From positions 70,060,001-70,124,000 of the forward strand of contig OZ024742.1 of assembly GCA_964016885.1 (NCBI GenBank): 64,000 nucleotides of DNA, in the 5' to 3' direction. The DNA comes from Eledone cirrhosa (taxonomy: Eukaryota). Within the stretch, counting starts at the first letter, position 1; every line of letters starts with the position of its first letter. This document shows positions 12,781 to 28,359 of this stretch, one piece after another. The position numbers and the translations under genes were made by a program. Under the pieces are notes generated by a model. That model searched no databases and was not told the origin of the DNA. It saw only the letters and a program-made list of their open reading frames with translations.

Positions 12781-14196
12781 AACTGACATAGCACACAACT
12801 CTCACTCCACATATTCTGTAGAATCACTACCAAACTATGTCACGCAATATATAGACTTACATAATCGATAGTTGATTTCAGAAGGAAGAAAGTAAAGTTC
12901 ATTACTGCAGAATTTGAACTCACAACATAAAGTTGTAATAATAATAATAATAATATACTTTATTGGCCACAAGTGCCCAATACGTTTGGTACAGAAAAGA
13001 AAGGAAATGCCGATTGTCATATCAACCAAGAAAACAATATTTCCATTGGGCTTTATATTGTTGATACTATCTACTAGTCACAACTTCTAGCAGAAGAAGC
13101 AACGTGAAATAATGTATTTTGCAGAAGAACACAACACACCGCCCGATCCAGGAATTGAAGCCAACACTTTATTATCGTGAATCAAACACCATGGCTATTA
13201 GGCCATACTGGGAACAGTATTATCGTGAATCAAACACCTTATCTATACTGACTATTCATACTAGGCCATACTGGGAACAGTACAAAAGGAAAAGAAATAG
13301 GAAAAACAACAAACAAGAATCGTACATAGAACAAAAGGGTGAGATCAACAAGAAAGCATTAATATATAGACAATAATTTGTAGAACGAACAGTAAAAGAC
13401 GTGAGATTTAACATACTGTGGTTAATATTGAATTTAACTAAGATTGACGAATACAGGAACTATGTGATTAAGGAGAAAAATTAATTCAGCAAAAGACAAA
13501 ATATTAAACAGTGAGGATTTACATCGAGTAAAAAGGAAAAAAAAAACATTAAAAACAATAAACAGCAATCAAATGTTAACAAGGAAATATCCCAATAGAA
13601 GGGAATACAACCTAGAGTAATTCTAAGGGAAATCCTCGCACACTCGTACGAATTATTTTGACGTATCTAAGGTAAAAGTGCGGCTCTGTTTACAAGAGGC
13701 CAGACTTTGGAAGAGTCGGTCCATTTAGCAAGTACTTGACTAGTACTTTATTTTAACGACCTTGGAACGTAATACATAACTTGTCTGGAAAGAACAAAAA
13801 GAAAATAAGACAGGGATAGGTTTTACAAGTTATCTATTCAACTTATACTTAAAATATTTTAATATTTAGCAAATGAGCTGTTTAAAAGCTTCCTACTTCA
13901 CTTTTTTCTTTCATGAAGTATCCTGGTTGAAACTTCGCAAATTTCTTTTCTTCGCGAATACAGTAATGTACTTCAATATTTGCTCATATTTGCTTATATT
14001 TTGTACTGTGTTTGGTTCAATTTTTGTGATAATACAAGCTCGTGTTTTTTTCAGTGTTTGCCTGTGAGAAACTTACTTCTAGTCTCATCAAATTCTAGCA
14101 AGTAACCTTGCGTTCCTTATCCTGTAAATGTTGATGAAAATTTCTCCAAATATTTCGATGTTTTACAAATTTATGATAAATTGATTTATAGTATAA

Positions 14197-14391
14197 CAGA
14201 GCTGCCAACCTCTAAACACCAAAACGGGGAGTACCATGAAAAAAAAGTGCGCCAAAACGGGGAGAAATGAGACAAAATGGGGAAATTTTATGTAATGAAA
14301 GCTATACCTATTTCAAAAGAGAAGACATCTCTCACCCACCCAAAAGTGGGTGGGAGATCCCCTCATCGGACGGGAAAAGTTGACAGGTCTG
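14197..14391. mobile_element. 195-bp MITE, hAT-like TIRs, 6-bp TSD
   Basis: TIRs CAGAGCTGCCAAC / GTTGACAGGTCTG; GTATAA immediately on both sides; related copy at 55918-56065. Confidence 0.75.
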
Positions 14392-15534
14392 GTATAATGA
14401 AGTCTTTGATTTGAAATGTCATGATTGAGTTGCTTTTGATTTATGTTTTGTGGAAAAGAAATTTGACTACATATTCACTAGGCACGAAAGTATGTTTATC
14501 TGAGGTGGTTGTAACGTTCAGACATAAAACTGATTAAAACAAATACAACTTTCATAGTATTAGAATATTATATATGATGTAATTATATTTTATGATACAA
14601 TAATATTTTGTATAATATAATCATACGTCTAGTTATATATTTACTTCCCTTTCAAAATATGATACAATCATTTCCTATATTAAAATTAGAAAATCAATTT
14701 CTATACGATATAACTATATTTATATATATTGCAATAATGTTTTATATATCCTACAATAGTATGATGATTTTATTTATTTACCTTATATTATTAATATAAA
14801 CGTGTTTTATATGATATAACTATTTTTATTAATACATCATGAATGCTGTTGTGTTTTATATGATACAATACTAGTGTTGTATATTATATACTTTCTTTAT
14901 AATAATATGTAATCTTAATTTTTAACATTATAAAATCATATTTTGTATAATGTAACTATATTTATAAATGCAATCATAGATGCAAGTGTGTTTTATATAG
15001 TGGAATAATAGTGTATATCAATCAATAATATCATGATTATATTTATAAATTATACAATTACTTTAGAATATGATACAATTATATATCATTAAAATGATAA
15101 ACTCATATCTTTGTAAGATATCACGATATTTATAAATACAATCACGGATGCAATATAATTTATATGATGCATGTATATTTATAAATTATACAATTGGACT
15201 TTTTTTATGATACAAGAACAATAATTTGTCCTTTGTTATTTTGACTGTTTCACTTATTTAATAAAATATTTTTAAAAACTTACCAATTTCCTTTCCAAAT
15301 GTTAATCCAAAAATCATCCGAATTTGTTTCCAACGTTCTTTAAGTTCCTCTTAGCAATGATACCATCCAAATGTTACACTTAGTTAAGAAGACCTTTGTC
15401 TCCTGATTGCAAATACAAAAGTTGAAACTGATATCAATGTCAATTCCTTTTACAAAAGAAACTATTGAAGTTGACTTCGTCATTTGGGATTCGTTTTGTC
15501 ATTTACTAAACCGTACAATCTCCTGTATGTGGTG

Positions 15535-15602
<68 letters not shown>

Positions 15603-15887
15603 ACAGGGAGAAAAAGACGATTATTAGGAAGAAAAATTTTTTTTTTTCCCTTTTTATTTCTTTCTCTCTTTTTTCAGGGGTAATATATATAGTTAAGTAG
15701 TTACTGCAAGATGTCTTTACTGATGACACCGTTTATATAGTTGTTGTTGTTCATGTTAGTACTATCCTTATCGTTCGTGTTGTTGTTGTTTATGTTGTTA
15801 ATTTCTCCAACTTGTTTTTTGTTCCTTTTTTTTTCGATTTCATTTTTTTTTTGGCTTTTGTTTTACTGTCTAATCCAATATATATCC

Positions 15888-16056
<169 letters not shown>

Positions 16057-16274
16057 TTTATGTGTCATGAATATATATCTTATGTATGAGAGTATTTATT
16101 TCGGAACTTTGGTGGACCTGAGGCAAGAGATATGCAGTGTATTGAGGGATTTAACGTAAAATAATCACAGACCCAACCGCAAGTGAATGACGGCGCAGGC
16201 GCAGACAATCACTCAAACCCTTCTTTACTATTAGCCACAGAGTTTCTTTGGGCTTTTGATTAACCTATATCGCC

Positions 16275-16325
<51 letters not shown>

Positions 16326-16499
16326 GCATAGAATTGTATTACCCTTGTTTTCTTCTCAAAAGCCCCGTCTTCAGCATACCCACACGACTTTATTGCACGT
16401 TTCCCAACATCCGGGCATGTGCGATGGTACCAGTGGCCATCATCCAAACAGTTTTGTATTCTTTAAAGTTTTAATTTAGACCTCATTGATGTGCTTCCA

Positions 16500-16569
16500 C
16501 TTCTTCTTCTTCTGGAAATTGTTGTTGTTGTGGTAGTTGTTGTAGTTCAGCTTCTTCTCCACCTTACCG

Positions 16570-16607
<38 letters not shown>

Positions 16608-16682
16608 TTTGTTGCTCCTGTTGTTGTTGCTGCTGCTGCTGTTTTTTGTTGCTCCTGTTGTTGTTGTTGTTGTTGTTGTTGC

Positions 16683-16713
<31 letters not shown>

Positions 16714-17336
16714 ACTGCTGCTGCTGTTGCTCCTTGCTATTGTTTCCATTGTTGTTGTTGTTGTTACTGTCAACTATAACTACTGCTAATACTATTGTTC
16801 TATTTCTGTTGATGTTGTTATTGTTGATGGGAGCTATTCTTTTCAAATGTTAATCACCACCACCACCATCACCGCCACCACCATCACCATCACCACCACC
16901 ATCACCGCCACCACCATCACCATCACCACCACCATCACCGCCACCACCATCACCATCACCACCACCATCACCGCCACCACCATCACCATCACCACCACCA
17001 TCATCACCACCATCACCACCATCATCACCACCATCACCACCACCATCATCACCACCACCACCACCATCATCACCATCATCACCACCCATCACCACCACCA
17101 TCACCATCACCACCACCATCATCACCATCATCACCACCATCACCACCACCACCACCACCACCACCACCACCATCACCACCACCACCATCATCACCACCAT
17201 CATCACCACTACCATCACCACCATCACCATCACCACCACCACCACCACCACCACCATCACCACCATCATCATCATCACCACCATCATCACCACCACCACC
17301 ACCATCATCACCACCACCACCACCACCACCACCACC

Positions 17337-17367
<31 letters not shown>

Positions 17368-17495
17368 CCACCACCATCATCATCACCGCCACCACCACCC
17401 CCATCATCACAACCACCACCACCATCATCACCACCATCATCACGATCATCACCACCACCCTCATCACCACCACCACCACCACCATCATCATCACT
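16500..17495. repeat. Trinucleotide low-complexity block: (TGC/TGT)n then (CAC/CAT)n with a 33-bp higher-order unit
   Basis: accaccaccatcaccgccaccaccatcaccatc repeated about 4 times at 16856-16990; produces the spurious poly-His/Thr ORFs. Confidence 0.9.
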
Positions 17496-17619
17496 CATCA
17501 TTATTATTTTTTTTATTATTTTAGATCACATGTACCAAATTATAAAAGAAAAGAAAACTACTTTCATATGTGTACTTCTACACATAAACGCACATAAGTT
17601 CAAACACATATAGAAATAA

Positions 17620-17649
17620 GCTCACACACACACATACATACATACACTT

Positions 17650-17684
<35 letters not shown>

Positions 17685-17703
17685 CACATACATACATACA
17701 CTT

Positions 17704-17744
<41 letters not shown>

Positions 17745-17875
17745 TACATACATACATACATACATACATACATACACACACACATATATATACACACACA
17801 CACACACATACACACACACACATACATACATACATACATACATACATACATACATACATACATACATACATACAC

Positions 17876-17914
<39 letters not shown>

Positions 17915-18285
17915 GTATAGTGTGCGTGTGTGTGGTGGGGGATTGGGTTGTGTTTTGAAAAGACCGCCTCGGAAAGGAGTGCTGTAGGTGCGGGTTCTCC
18001 ACCCGGGGTAGGTAGAGAGATGCTGGTACAGATCTACTTTCTCAGTGTCTGCTGTGTGTCGCCAACAACGCTATCTACAACTGTCAGCTGATCGACCACA
18101 CGTCTCCAAGGAATGCGGGTTACCTGTCTTGTTCGCATGCACACACTCTTCGTCTCCCCCTCCCTCCCTCTTTCTCCTCTCTCTTTCTCTTTCTCCTTCT
18201 CTTTCTCTCTCGTATTACCATAGTTCATCTTTTCCGTAATCGTTTTTCTCACTTTTCTTTTTCGTCTTCTTTTTTTTTTTTAACA

Positions 18286-18317
<32 letters not shown>

Positions 18318-18391
18318 TCTCTCTCTCTCTTCTCTCTCTCTCTCTCATCTCTCTCTCTATCTCTCTCTCTCTCATCTCTCTCTCTCTCTCA

Positions 18392-18423
<32 letters not shown>

Positions 18424-18704
18424 CCTCTCTCTGTCTCTCTCTCATCTCTCTCTCTCTCTCTCACTCTTCTTCTCTCTCTCTCACTATCCCCCCTCTCTCT
18501 CTCTCTCTCTCTCCTTCTCTCTCTCTCCTCTCTCTCTCTCACTCTCCTCACTCTCTCTCTCTCTCTCCTCTCCTCTCTCTCTCTCTCCTCTCTCTCTCGT
18601 CTCTATCCTCCCCCTCATCCTCTCTCTCTCTCTCCTCTCTCTCTCTCATCCTCTCACAATCCTCACATCTCTCTCTCTCTCTCTCTGTATATATATATAT
18701 ATAT

Positions 18705-18736
<32 letters not shown>

Positions 18737-18774
18737 GAGAGAGAGAGATAGACAGAGATAGATAGATAGATAGG

Positions 18775-18806
<32 letters not shown>

Positions 18807-18986
18807 TACCTATCTATCTATCTATCTCTGTCTATATATATATTACATATATACCTATCTATCTATCTATCTCTGTCTATATATATATACATATATACCT
18901 ATCTATCTATCTATCTCTGTCTATATATATATACATATATACCTATCTATCTATCTATCTCTGTCTATATATATATATATATCTAC

Positions 18987-19025
<39 letters not shown>

Positions 19026-19050
19026 CCTGGCTGTCTGTCTGTCTATCTAT
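17620..19050. repeat. Compound microsatellite block (CA/TACA, CT, TA, TATC) around a unique GC-richer island at 17910-18150
   Basis: Directly visible. Confidence 0.85.
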
Positions 19051-19439
19051 CACACATTATCTCCGCTGTTGTACCTTTCATCTTCTACTTTATCTCCGTA
19101 ATCTGCTCCATTCCTCCCACCCACATCCTCTCCCCTATCAGTACCCTCATCAGTATCCCCCCCCCCCCACCTCTACCCAATTGAACCCTTTCTTTTTCGT
19201 TTTCGTTTTTCCGGTTTTCTTTCTTCAACGTATTTCTTAATATGTTTTTTTGTTTTTCAACACAATATACATACAATAGATAACATACACACATACAACA
19301 CACAATACACGCCCATACTACACACCTATAACACATAGAACCCACAGTCACATATACACACACATGCGTACTTGGGCGCAACACACAAATAACAGAACTA
19401 GAGACAGTTATGGTACACAAACACGACATACATATTTAT

Positions 19440-19800
19440 TGATACATGACACACAGGTGCGCTAACGCACACATATACATACACAAATGACACATACAAC
19501 ACATTATACATACAAAAATGACACATGCACACATATACATACAAAAATGACACATTGCACACATATACCATACAAAAAGTGACACATGCACACATATACA
19601 TACAAAAGTGACACATGCACACACATGCATACAAAAGTGACACATACACACATATACATACAAAAGTGACACATGCACACATATACATACAAAGTGACAC
19701 ATGCACACATATACATACAAAAGTGACACATGCACACATATACATACAAAAGTGACACATGCACACATATACATACAAAAGTGACACATGCACACATGAA
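19440..19800. repeat. 29-bp minisatellite (acatacaaaagtgacacatgcacacatat), about 11 copies
   Basis: Tandem units directly visible. Confidence 0.9.
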
Positions 19801-20764
19801 TACAGACACACAGCAGACAATACTCAATGTACAAGACAACACAAAACACAAGACAATCATGATAACATATAGACAAGGAAGCCTCTATGTGATCATTCAA
19901 CCTGCAGAAAAATAGCAGCCAAATTTCCTTCAATTCACACCATATTATCCTAGAACGGGAAGGGCATGTTTGATAACGTCGTCCTCAAAATAGTATACCA
20001 ATAAAAAAGACGGGATTGTCTTTGATCGTTTCCTGCTCAATAAAGGCTGAGAGAAAATAAAAGAAAAATATACAGAAATAGACAAATATATGTGTGAATA
20101 TATACGTGTAGTGTATGTGTGGGGGGGGGGTGGAGTATAGTGAACTATTCACTTGCAGTCTGAATTATTAAAATATATATTGTTTGGTCCTTTTTTTTCT
20201 TTTCTGGAAAACCACATTTTTCAAAATTATTATTTATGAATATAATTACTTGCACCAGTAATTACAGCTACGGGTATAAATATGATATGGGTAAAGATGT
20301 TTCTATGTATTTGTCCATAAGTGCTCTTTTTGTCTTCTTGATTTCGAACGAAATGTTCACATTTTGCGTGATAGCTGATCTCTATATAACAATTTGTTCT
20401 ATCCCATACAATTATATTAGGATTGTTGTATTAATATTTGCTTTTAGTTGCTGTTTTCATGGGATTGCACTAATAGTGTTTCTTACTGGAGTTACACCAA
20501 CAATGTGTTGGAACGTGTAGATATACTACTCTACACTAGGATTTTGTATATGTTTATTCAACATAGGATGACAGTGCACGTTGTTTGAGCAACGACGATA
20601 TGCCACCCATAGGAAAGTAGTATCCTAAAGCAATTACGTTTGTAACATCATCCATAGAAGTGTTTCCTTATCAACTTTTTAGGACACTTTTTGACAGTTT
20701 AAGGGTTATCATTTGCTCTTGGAGAAGTATGACCACTAATCTTGTTCTAGTAAACACACATGCA

Positions 20765-20849
<85 letters not shown>

Positions 20850-20851
20850 GC

Positions 20852-20912
<61 letters not shown>

Positions 20913-21589
20913 CACACACACACACATGCACACTAAATATATATATATATATAAGTTTATTTTAGGCTTAATCAATACATATAAAATATATATCGATAAT
21001 GTTTAACGGTACAAAGCTCAATGAACTTCTATTCAGTGCATCCATAATATATATGTAAACAATATATAACTGGATATATCAGTTGAGAAAGAAACTAGTA
21101 ATTTGAACATATATATGGAGTAAATGATATATAGATTTAATTACAAATTTAAATATGTGTTAAAATTGTGCTGTACTTACATAGATAGTTCTGTTACTGA
21201 GAATTATAAAAATGGAATGTTTACCTTAGTATCGATCAACAGTTATCGATTTTGGTAAACATCTTAAGACCCTGATTGTCTTCATCAGTATATTCAGGTC
21301 TTCACTAAAATATATCTCTCACGCTGAATTAAAATACTAGTCATCTACCCTTGGAAGAAAATATTTAAATAATTTCCACATGGTGTCACTGTAACGTTTT
21401 ATAAAACGGTAGATAAAACAGGACAGGCCTTAAGGAGTGCTAGAAAGAGCTCCAGGCGAATCCATTTTTGTCAATTCAAACATATTTAGAGAAATTAGAA
21501 GTAGAAATAAGTTAATTTTAGGTTTAATCAATACACATAATATATATATTGATAATGTTTCTCAGTATAAAACTCAATAAACTTGCCTG

Positions 21590-21800
21590 AGGGCTCCACT
21601 GCACGATATGTGGAGCTGTCTAGATCGGATAGACTGGGCATCGATTGGCGGACCGGTTCACCGAACACCTGTGGGACATTCGGCTCGGCAGCCGGTCACC
21701 AGTCGCCCGATATTTCCGCTCTACCAGAAATTCTACCCACTACCTCACATCATTGAGCAGCGCACAATTATTTTCTCCAGACATGGACTGCAAATGGTCT
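21590..21800 (+). mobile_element. Penelope-like GIY-YIG endonuclease fragment
   Basis: LHCTICGAV*IG*TGHRLADRFTEHLWDIR..SPVARYF. Confidence 0.7.
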
Positions 21801-22216
21801 AAATTCCCCATACGGCTTCCTTTAGCTACTCACACTCCCACGCACACCCACACACGCTCCACCTCTTCACCAAACTGTATTTTTCTTATCGTCAATATAG
21901 CTAGTGAGAGCGGCTGCCTGTACAACCAAGGGCATGTTTGAGATGGTCATCACAAAGAACAAGCTCCCTCGATAGTTCTCTGAGAGACTCTACTCCATTA
22001 ATGTTTCCTCTGATAGGGCTTCATTGGCTGTGGCAGCCATTCCATGATCAACCTTATATGTGTGTCTAGGGAGAGAGGGGGAGAGTGAGAAAGAGGGGAG
22101 AAGGAGAGTGAGAAATGCTTTGTTTTTGTATTTGTATTGTAAGATTTGGAATGTTAAATTGTGTGTTGTAAGAGATATCCTTTTGGTGGGTCATACAACC
22201 AATGGAAACATATGCA

Positions 22217-22979
22217 CTAGTGAGTTTCACTTCGGTTTTATTATTTGTCAGGTAACTTGGGTGGTGAATTAGCAGTAAGGGTGGAGCGTCGGACACCATG
22301 CTTTGCGGCATATAGTTACGTCCCTTTACGGTCTGAGTTCAAATCCCGCCGAGGTTAGCTTTGCTTTTCATCCTTACCGGGTTGATAAAATAAAGCAGCA
22401 GTAATGCACTGGAGTCGATTTAATCGATTTTCCCCTTCCCTAAAATTGTTGGCCTTGTGCCTATATAAGAAACTTATGACCTAGTCAGGTGACTTGGGCG
22501 GTGGATTGGCAGTATCGGTAGAGCATCGGGCACCTTGCTTTGCGGCATAGAGTTACAGTCCTTTTCGGTCTGAGTTCAAATCCCGCCGAGTTGAGCTTTG
22601 CCTTTCATCCTTACCAGGTTGATAAAATAATGCGCCAGAAATGCACTGGGGTCGGTTTAATCGACTTTCCCTCTCCCTAAAATTGTTGGCTTTGTGTCTA
22701 AATCAGAAACCATTATTAGTCAGGTAACTAATCCATTCATCGGTTGATTTTAGTAACCGTTTGGTTATTTAAATTTCAAAGTTCGCCTCACATTCTTTGA
22801 CATTCTCAATGCCTATTTTAGCCCCTTGTGTCTTTTCTTAGTTTAGATGTTCTGGTTGCTTCGACTTGCTTTTCTCGTGGTTAGAGAAAGAGATTTGACA
22901 ATAACCATCCGGTTACAAACTAACCACTGAATGAATTAGTTACTTGACAAATAATAAAACCGTAGAGAACCTCAACTGG
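22217..22979. mobile_element. Long-TIR MITE interrupted by two tandem SINEs
   Basis: 22217-22257 plus 22719-22750 together are the reverse complement of 22918-22979 (imperfect). Confidence 0.55.
22258..22718 (+). mobile_element. Two head-to-tail Nin/Deu-type SINEs
   Basis: Two full copies, each bounded by gtcaggt(a/g)act. Confidence 0.8.
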
Positions 22980-25899
22980 CGCGCGCGTATATATATACGT
23001 AAATACATATATATATATATATATATACATACACACACACACACACACACACGCACACATATACGCGCGCGCGCGCGCACATTCACTCACGCGCACACAC
23101 ACACATATATATATATGTGTAAAGACTAAAATTCGAAGAGGGCTCGACAACGATTATATATATATATATATATATATACATACATACATACATGCAAACA
23201 CACATAGAGATAGATATATAGATGTATATGGGGGTGGATGTTCGTCTGCGTGGCATGTGTGTGTGTGTGTGGTTGTTATTTGTATTTATATTTTATCCAT
23301 AATTTCATAATTAATATAACTAAGCATCATTCTCGGTTGATTTTGAAATACATGTTCAGTTCCATTTATATGTAATAAACAGGTAACTATTAGAAAATGT
23401 CAATGTTTTAATTTGAGCTTATATATATATATACATATAAAAAAACACTACTTCAATTGTTCTATTTCTTTCATGAATTTCGACAAAATTATAAAATACT
23501 CGTGATACTGAACGCATACAAAAGTTGATTTCTGAAAAGCTTCCATTATGGTTTTCCATAGAAATATTTTCATCAGCGCGCGGCAATTTCAACATAGTTT
23601 TTCTGTGAAGCAGACGATAACTATTGCTCTACACACGAATATAGAACACTTCAATGCTGCGCTCGGTATATTTAATTTTATTTTTTTTTTTTTTTTTCAT
23701 TTTTCATTTTTAACTTACCTGAATTTTATTATCAGTTAATAATTATTTAATTTTAAAATATTATTTCACAGATGTTAAAAAATATTAAATCATTAAAATA
23801 ATTTATTTCAAACGTTAGTTTTCTGAGTCCAATTTCGAAACGTCAGTGTTACTTTAACTAGTCAGAATCTAAATATGTTATTTTCTATGATTTGTATTTG
23901 TTTTATTTTGATGAAAGAATATATTTTATAAAGTAAATACTGTAATCTGATATTTAAAAAAGAAACAAAGACAAAAAATGCTACAGAAAAGTTCATTAAA
24001 CACTGAAAAAGTTGGATAGAAGAGCAAGAATGTATGTGAAAGTTAGGTGTCCACCATTGATTGTGTGCTGAGAACATTAACGCTGTACTGTTGATGGCAT
24101 TGTAAAGATAAATTGCATTTAATAGTCTCCATTCGGCGTTTAATAGTTTAATGTTCAATGTTGGATGCAGGATGTTTGTGTTCGGTGTCAGATACACAGG
24201 TTTATGTTCTGGTGGTCCAATGAACTGAATAAAGCGTGGAATTACAGCCCATTAAACAATGCTAAACGCTTGATTAACTAATAAAACAAGCTTTTCAAAA
24301 GTTGGTTCACTGCATCTTATCTGGGCTCTTGGAAGCGAATATTTTCGTTGGTTTCTCACTTTCTTTACACTATTATATACCATGTGGATGCGGGGATTTT
24401 CCATTCTTATTCGTAGATTTATTCGTTTTTCCTTCTCTAAACCATTATCATAAACAAAGAAAATAAAACTGAAAGAATTGTTCTGGAAATCAAATAGGAA
24501 TAAAAAGCAGATTGCATAATCTTAGTTCCTGATAAAATCAATCTTTGGAGCAAAAAATATATACAACATATTCCGGTCATTCAGGTTACAACAGAGATAT
24601 CAGAGATTGTGTGAATGAACAACACCAAATGTGGTGATAAGCGAAACCCTTGACCAGTTTGCAACTCTTTTGTAAATTACTGGAAGGGAATTAAAAGAGA
24701 TTTGTTATGGAAAACTTGAGACTTAGAACTCTTTCTCTCTCTCTCTCTTTCTCGGAACCACCTCCTAGTAATGAGGGCAGTCTGAACTGCAACGACAACC
24801 GCAATTAACTCCACAAAATGGTGAACACAATAAAAGGCAGAGACGACAAGATATTTTCTATTAAGAGCAATAGATGCAAAGCCAAGGAAAACCACATTAA
24901 TTCAACTATAACCACATCAACTGAGAAACAACAACCACAGTTACAACCACAAAAACAACCACACTAACAATCAAGCAACAAAGCAACCACAAGTGCAACC
25001 TTTAAAAAAATTATATAACCAACAAAACAAATAAACGGGAAGATGCCAACAAAAGCCATTATAAATGAACTAGTGAATTTTATCAACCACAGCGTTTATA
25101 AATCCATAAAAACAGAACGCTAGAAAAATATCTAAAACATAACACTCTGAGCAATCGTAAAAAATCTACCAAGATGTAGCTAAACATAGGTATCGGGCCT
25201 TGAAGCAATGGAAAAGGATTTTCATTGTTTAATTTTGGGAAGTGTGATGGATATCAGAATTAGTAAAGCATATAGTCGTATCCCTTTGCATTCTGAGTTC
25301 GAATTCTGCTGGGATCAACTACACATTTTACCCTTTCGGAGTCAATAAAATAAAGTACCAGTCAAGTATTGAAGTCAATATAATCAGCAGTACTTTTTCT
25401 TGAAATGTTCCCATAGAAATTTTACACACAATTTTGCCACGCTTTCTAGCGACATTCAAGGCATAGAAACATTCTAAGAGCATACAATGTATAGCGTTTC
25501 TATCAGCGACGCGAACCGATTTCAAAAGAACAAGTGTTCAGTTGAAAGAAACGGCACTCTCCTAACCTTTTTTAAAATAAAATCTGCGATGCCATATAAC
25601 CTATATTTATGTGTGTAGATGTGTCTATATGTGGGTGTATATATGTGTGTCTGCCTGTTTGTTTGTGTGTGTGTGTATGTATTTGTATGCATATAAATAA
25701 CATATACTTAAATATGTGGTATACATTCCATTTTCAATTAATTATTTATATATGAAGCTGAGTAAAGAAAATATGTGAAAATTTGTTGTAAAAATAGAAT
25801 GCTTTTACTCCAATATTTTCAAGATATTGAAATATTATGATTCATACACATTCTGCCGTATATATATATATATTTAAATTTAGAATAATATAAAACTAT

Positions 25900-26900
25900 A
25901 AAATAATGATTTGTGGGATATTTAATATGGTGACCACAATTCTAAAGTAGCTCCGAAAAATATTAACCCTTATCTGGAAAATGAAACTTTTACTTTTATT
26001 CACCCACAATAAAATACACACTTAAGAATAAGGAATCCAACGCACTTTAATGTGCTAGAAAATATTTATCACTTCTTCATTATCAACAGAATGTCTTTCT
26101 TGAGGAGCAGCATGAGATCAGAGAGTCCCCCCTTCATCACATAGAATACACAGTTTATACTTGACTGACTAGAGCTTAGAAAAATAGTGCTTCACAATTG
26201 CTGATATTACTGAAAGTGTTACATAAATATTTAGCTTCACATACATAATTGGAAAGATATCGTTTCCCTTGATACAATTGAGGGAGATCTCCGATCATTT
26301 CTTGAGAGTGAGTTTTAGGATTTTGTCATCGTCAAAACCATGGAACTTGCTGAAGGTATTTAGATTTTCATATTTACTACTTCCAGTTCTGTGGAACAAT
26401 TAGGCTATGGACCGACATTGGGATTTTTCCTGTATTATTTCACCCTTTCCTTTTAATCTCTTCATAATTTATTCAACCAGTGTATCCAGAAATATTTTTA
26501 CACATGACAGAATCTTCCCAAAATATATGAAAATTGATAGGCTAATGCAGATATAGATACTTGAAACCTCACTTAGACGTTTCCCTATTTATTCTAACCA
26601 GGAATTTTCTCTAGAACCTCAATATTTTCATCTTATGTTTGCTGAGTTACATTCAGTATATTACCTCGAATTATTCGTTAGACCTTAGACCATTAAGTCT
26701 TTTCAGCACATCAACAGTATATGCAGCTTGAAAATGAAGATCTTGCTGTAAAAGAAGATTTGATGCGGAACTGTCTCCATGAATATTAGGGCTACAATTT
26801 TAAGGCAAATAAGAACCCCAAAGTTGATGCTATGAAACAGTATTGTTGCATTTTCACTTGCTATATCAGATAGATTTTATTCATATAATCTCATCTGTAA
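25900..26900 (-). mobile_element. Possible ancient CR1/L2-type LINE remnant
   Basis: Only faint motifs (F.DDDK; LE..WSP-like); many stops. Confidence 0.2.
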
Positions 26901-27831
26901 ATACTTTCTTTACAGTTTTCCGATTCACTTCTCTGCGGGCCTATAAGAGAGCTTTTCATTTCTTGAGTACGAGAATAATTGAGATTGTATGAACAAAGAA
27001 TGCCGGTTACTTGATTACTTGACGGAGAAATAAACTGTATAACTTTTCTAATATATTATCTTTCAATCATTTCTTCTCCACCACCACCCCACAAAAAAAC
27101 ACATGGTTATTCCTTCCACCTCTTCACCAGTTGTACACTTTACATCACACACACACATCAATAAAGCACTATTTGATTTCATTATCCTCTTCAGTGAGAG
27201 AAACATATGTAGTTTCATCTAATATATATATATATATATATATATTGTTGCTACCCTGTTTTCATTTCAGAGCAATGACAGTTACGGTTTCATTTTAGCC
27301 GAGGCACATATACAACAACTAGATACTTCTTAATGACACGTTCATGCCAAACAGTTGGACCAACTAAAGGAAATTTCCTCTCCTTACCTTTGCGTTACCA
27401 TATCTCTAATGAAAAGCACTGCCAACGATTTTTACATGATTTTGAAAATAATTAAGAATTTGGAGTGATTAAGCTGGTATTTAGAACATAACTTAAATGT
27501 TCTCTCATAAAATTACGATGGAAATTATTTTCTAGATAAATATAAGCAAACAGGTTTAAATCGTAAAACCAAGGGCAGTTTTGGGTAGTTTGGTATCCAA
27601 AGAATGTTATACTTGTCTGATATTCCTCCAGTGACAAATGAATATAAGAAAAGAACAAAATAACAAAAGTGCTCTTGAAAATTAACATCAGTCAATTCCA
27701 GGATATTGTGACAAGTATAAACGTATTTCAACAATTTTTCTTTTACATTTTTCTAAAACTATACATATTTGTGATACACTTTTGATCTTACAGCTTATTT
27801 TGTTCTATTGATCAGCTACAAAGGAGGTATT

Positions 27832-28345
27832 AATAATTGTTTCTACTTTTGGCACAAGGGCAGCAATTACCCAGTGCATTACTGGTACTTTATTTTATCG
27901 ACCCCGTATGGATGAAAGGCAAAGTTAACCTCGGCGGGATTTGAACTCAGACCGAAAAGGGACGTAACTCTATACTGCAAAGCATGGCGTCCGACCCTCC
28001 ACTGACACTGCCAATCCACGGCCCTAATAATGCCAGATTATCTTAGTTTCCTATATTGCCAGTATGATTTTTATTTATACATTTTTTTGTCATTGTCTTT
28101 TTTAGTGATGGGTAGCACCCATTCCATTATAAAAGAAAATAATGAGTGCAGTGGATTGGCAGACTCGTTAGAGCATCGAACAAAATGATTTGTGACATTT
28201 AGTTATGTTCTGAGTTCAAATCAGGCCGATGTCAACGTTGCATTTCATCCTTCCTGTGTTCATAAGATAAATTACTAGTAACGTACTAGGTTAGATTTTT
28301 CCCTTCTCCACAAATTGTTGGCCCTCTGCTAAAATTAATAGTAAT
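27832..28345. mobile_element. Two Nin/Deu-type SINEs, 27832-28025 (-) and 28150-28345 (+), head-to-head
   Basis: Family core and B-box in each. Confidence 0.75.
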
Positions 28346-28359
28346 TCTTATATATATAT

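Noticed and set aside
16847-17524. Poly-Thr/poly-His 225-aa ORF
   Set aside because: Pure trinucleotide repeat open in several frames on both strands, with no unique coding context
21255-21310. CTGATGA-agac..gtct hairpin on the minus strand
   Set aside because: The GAAA core is absent (TAAG) and stems I and III do not form; at best a dead hammerhead
23862-24197. 111-aa ORF in unique AT-rich DNA
   Set aside because: No motif, non-ATG start and no convincing splice context
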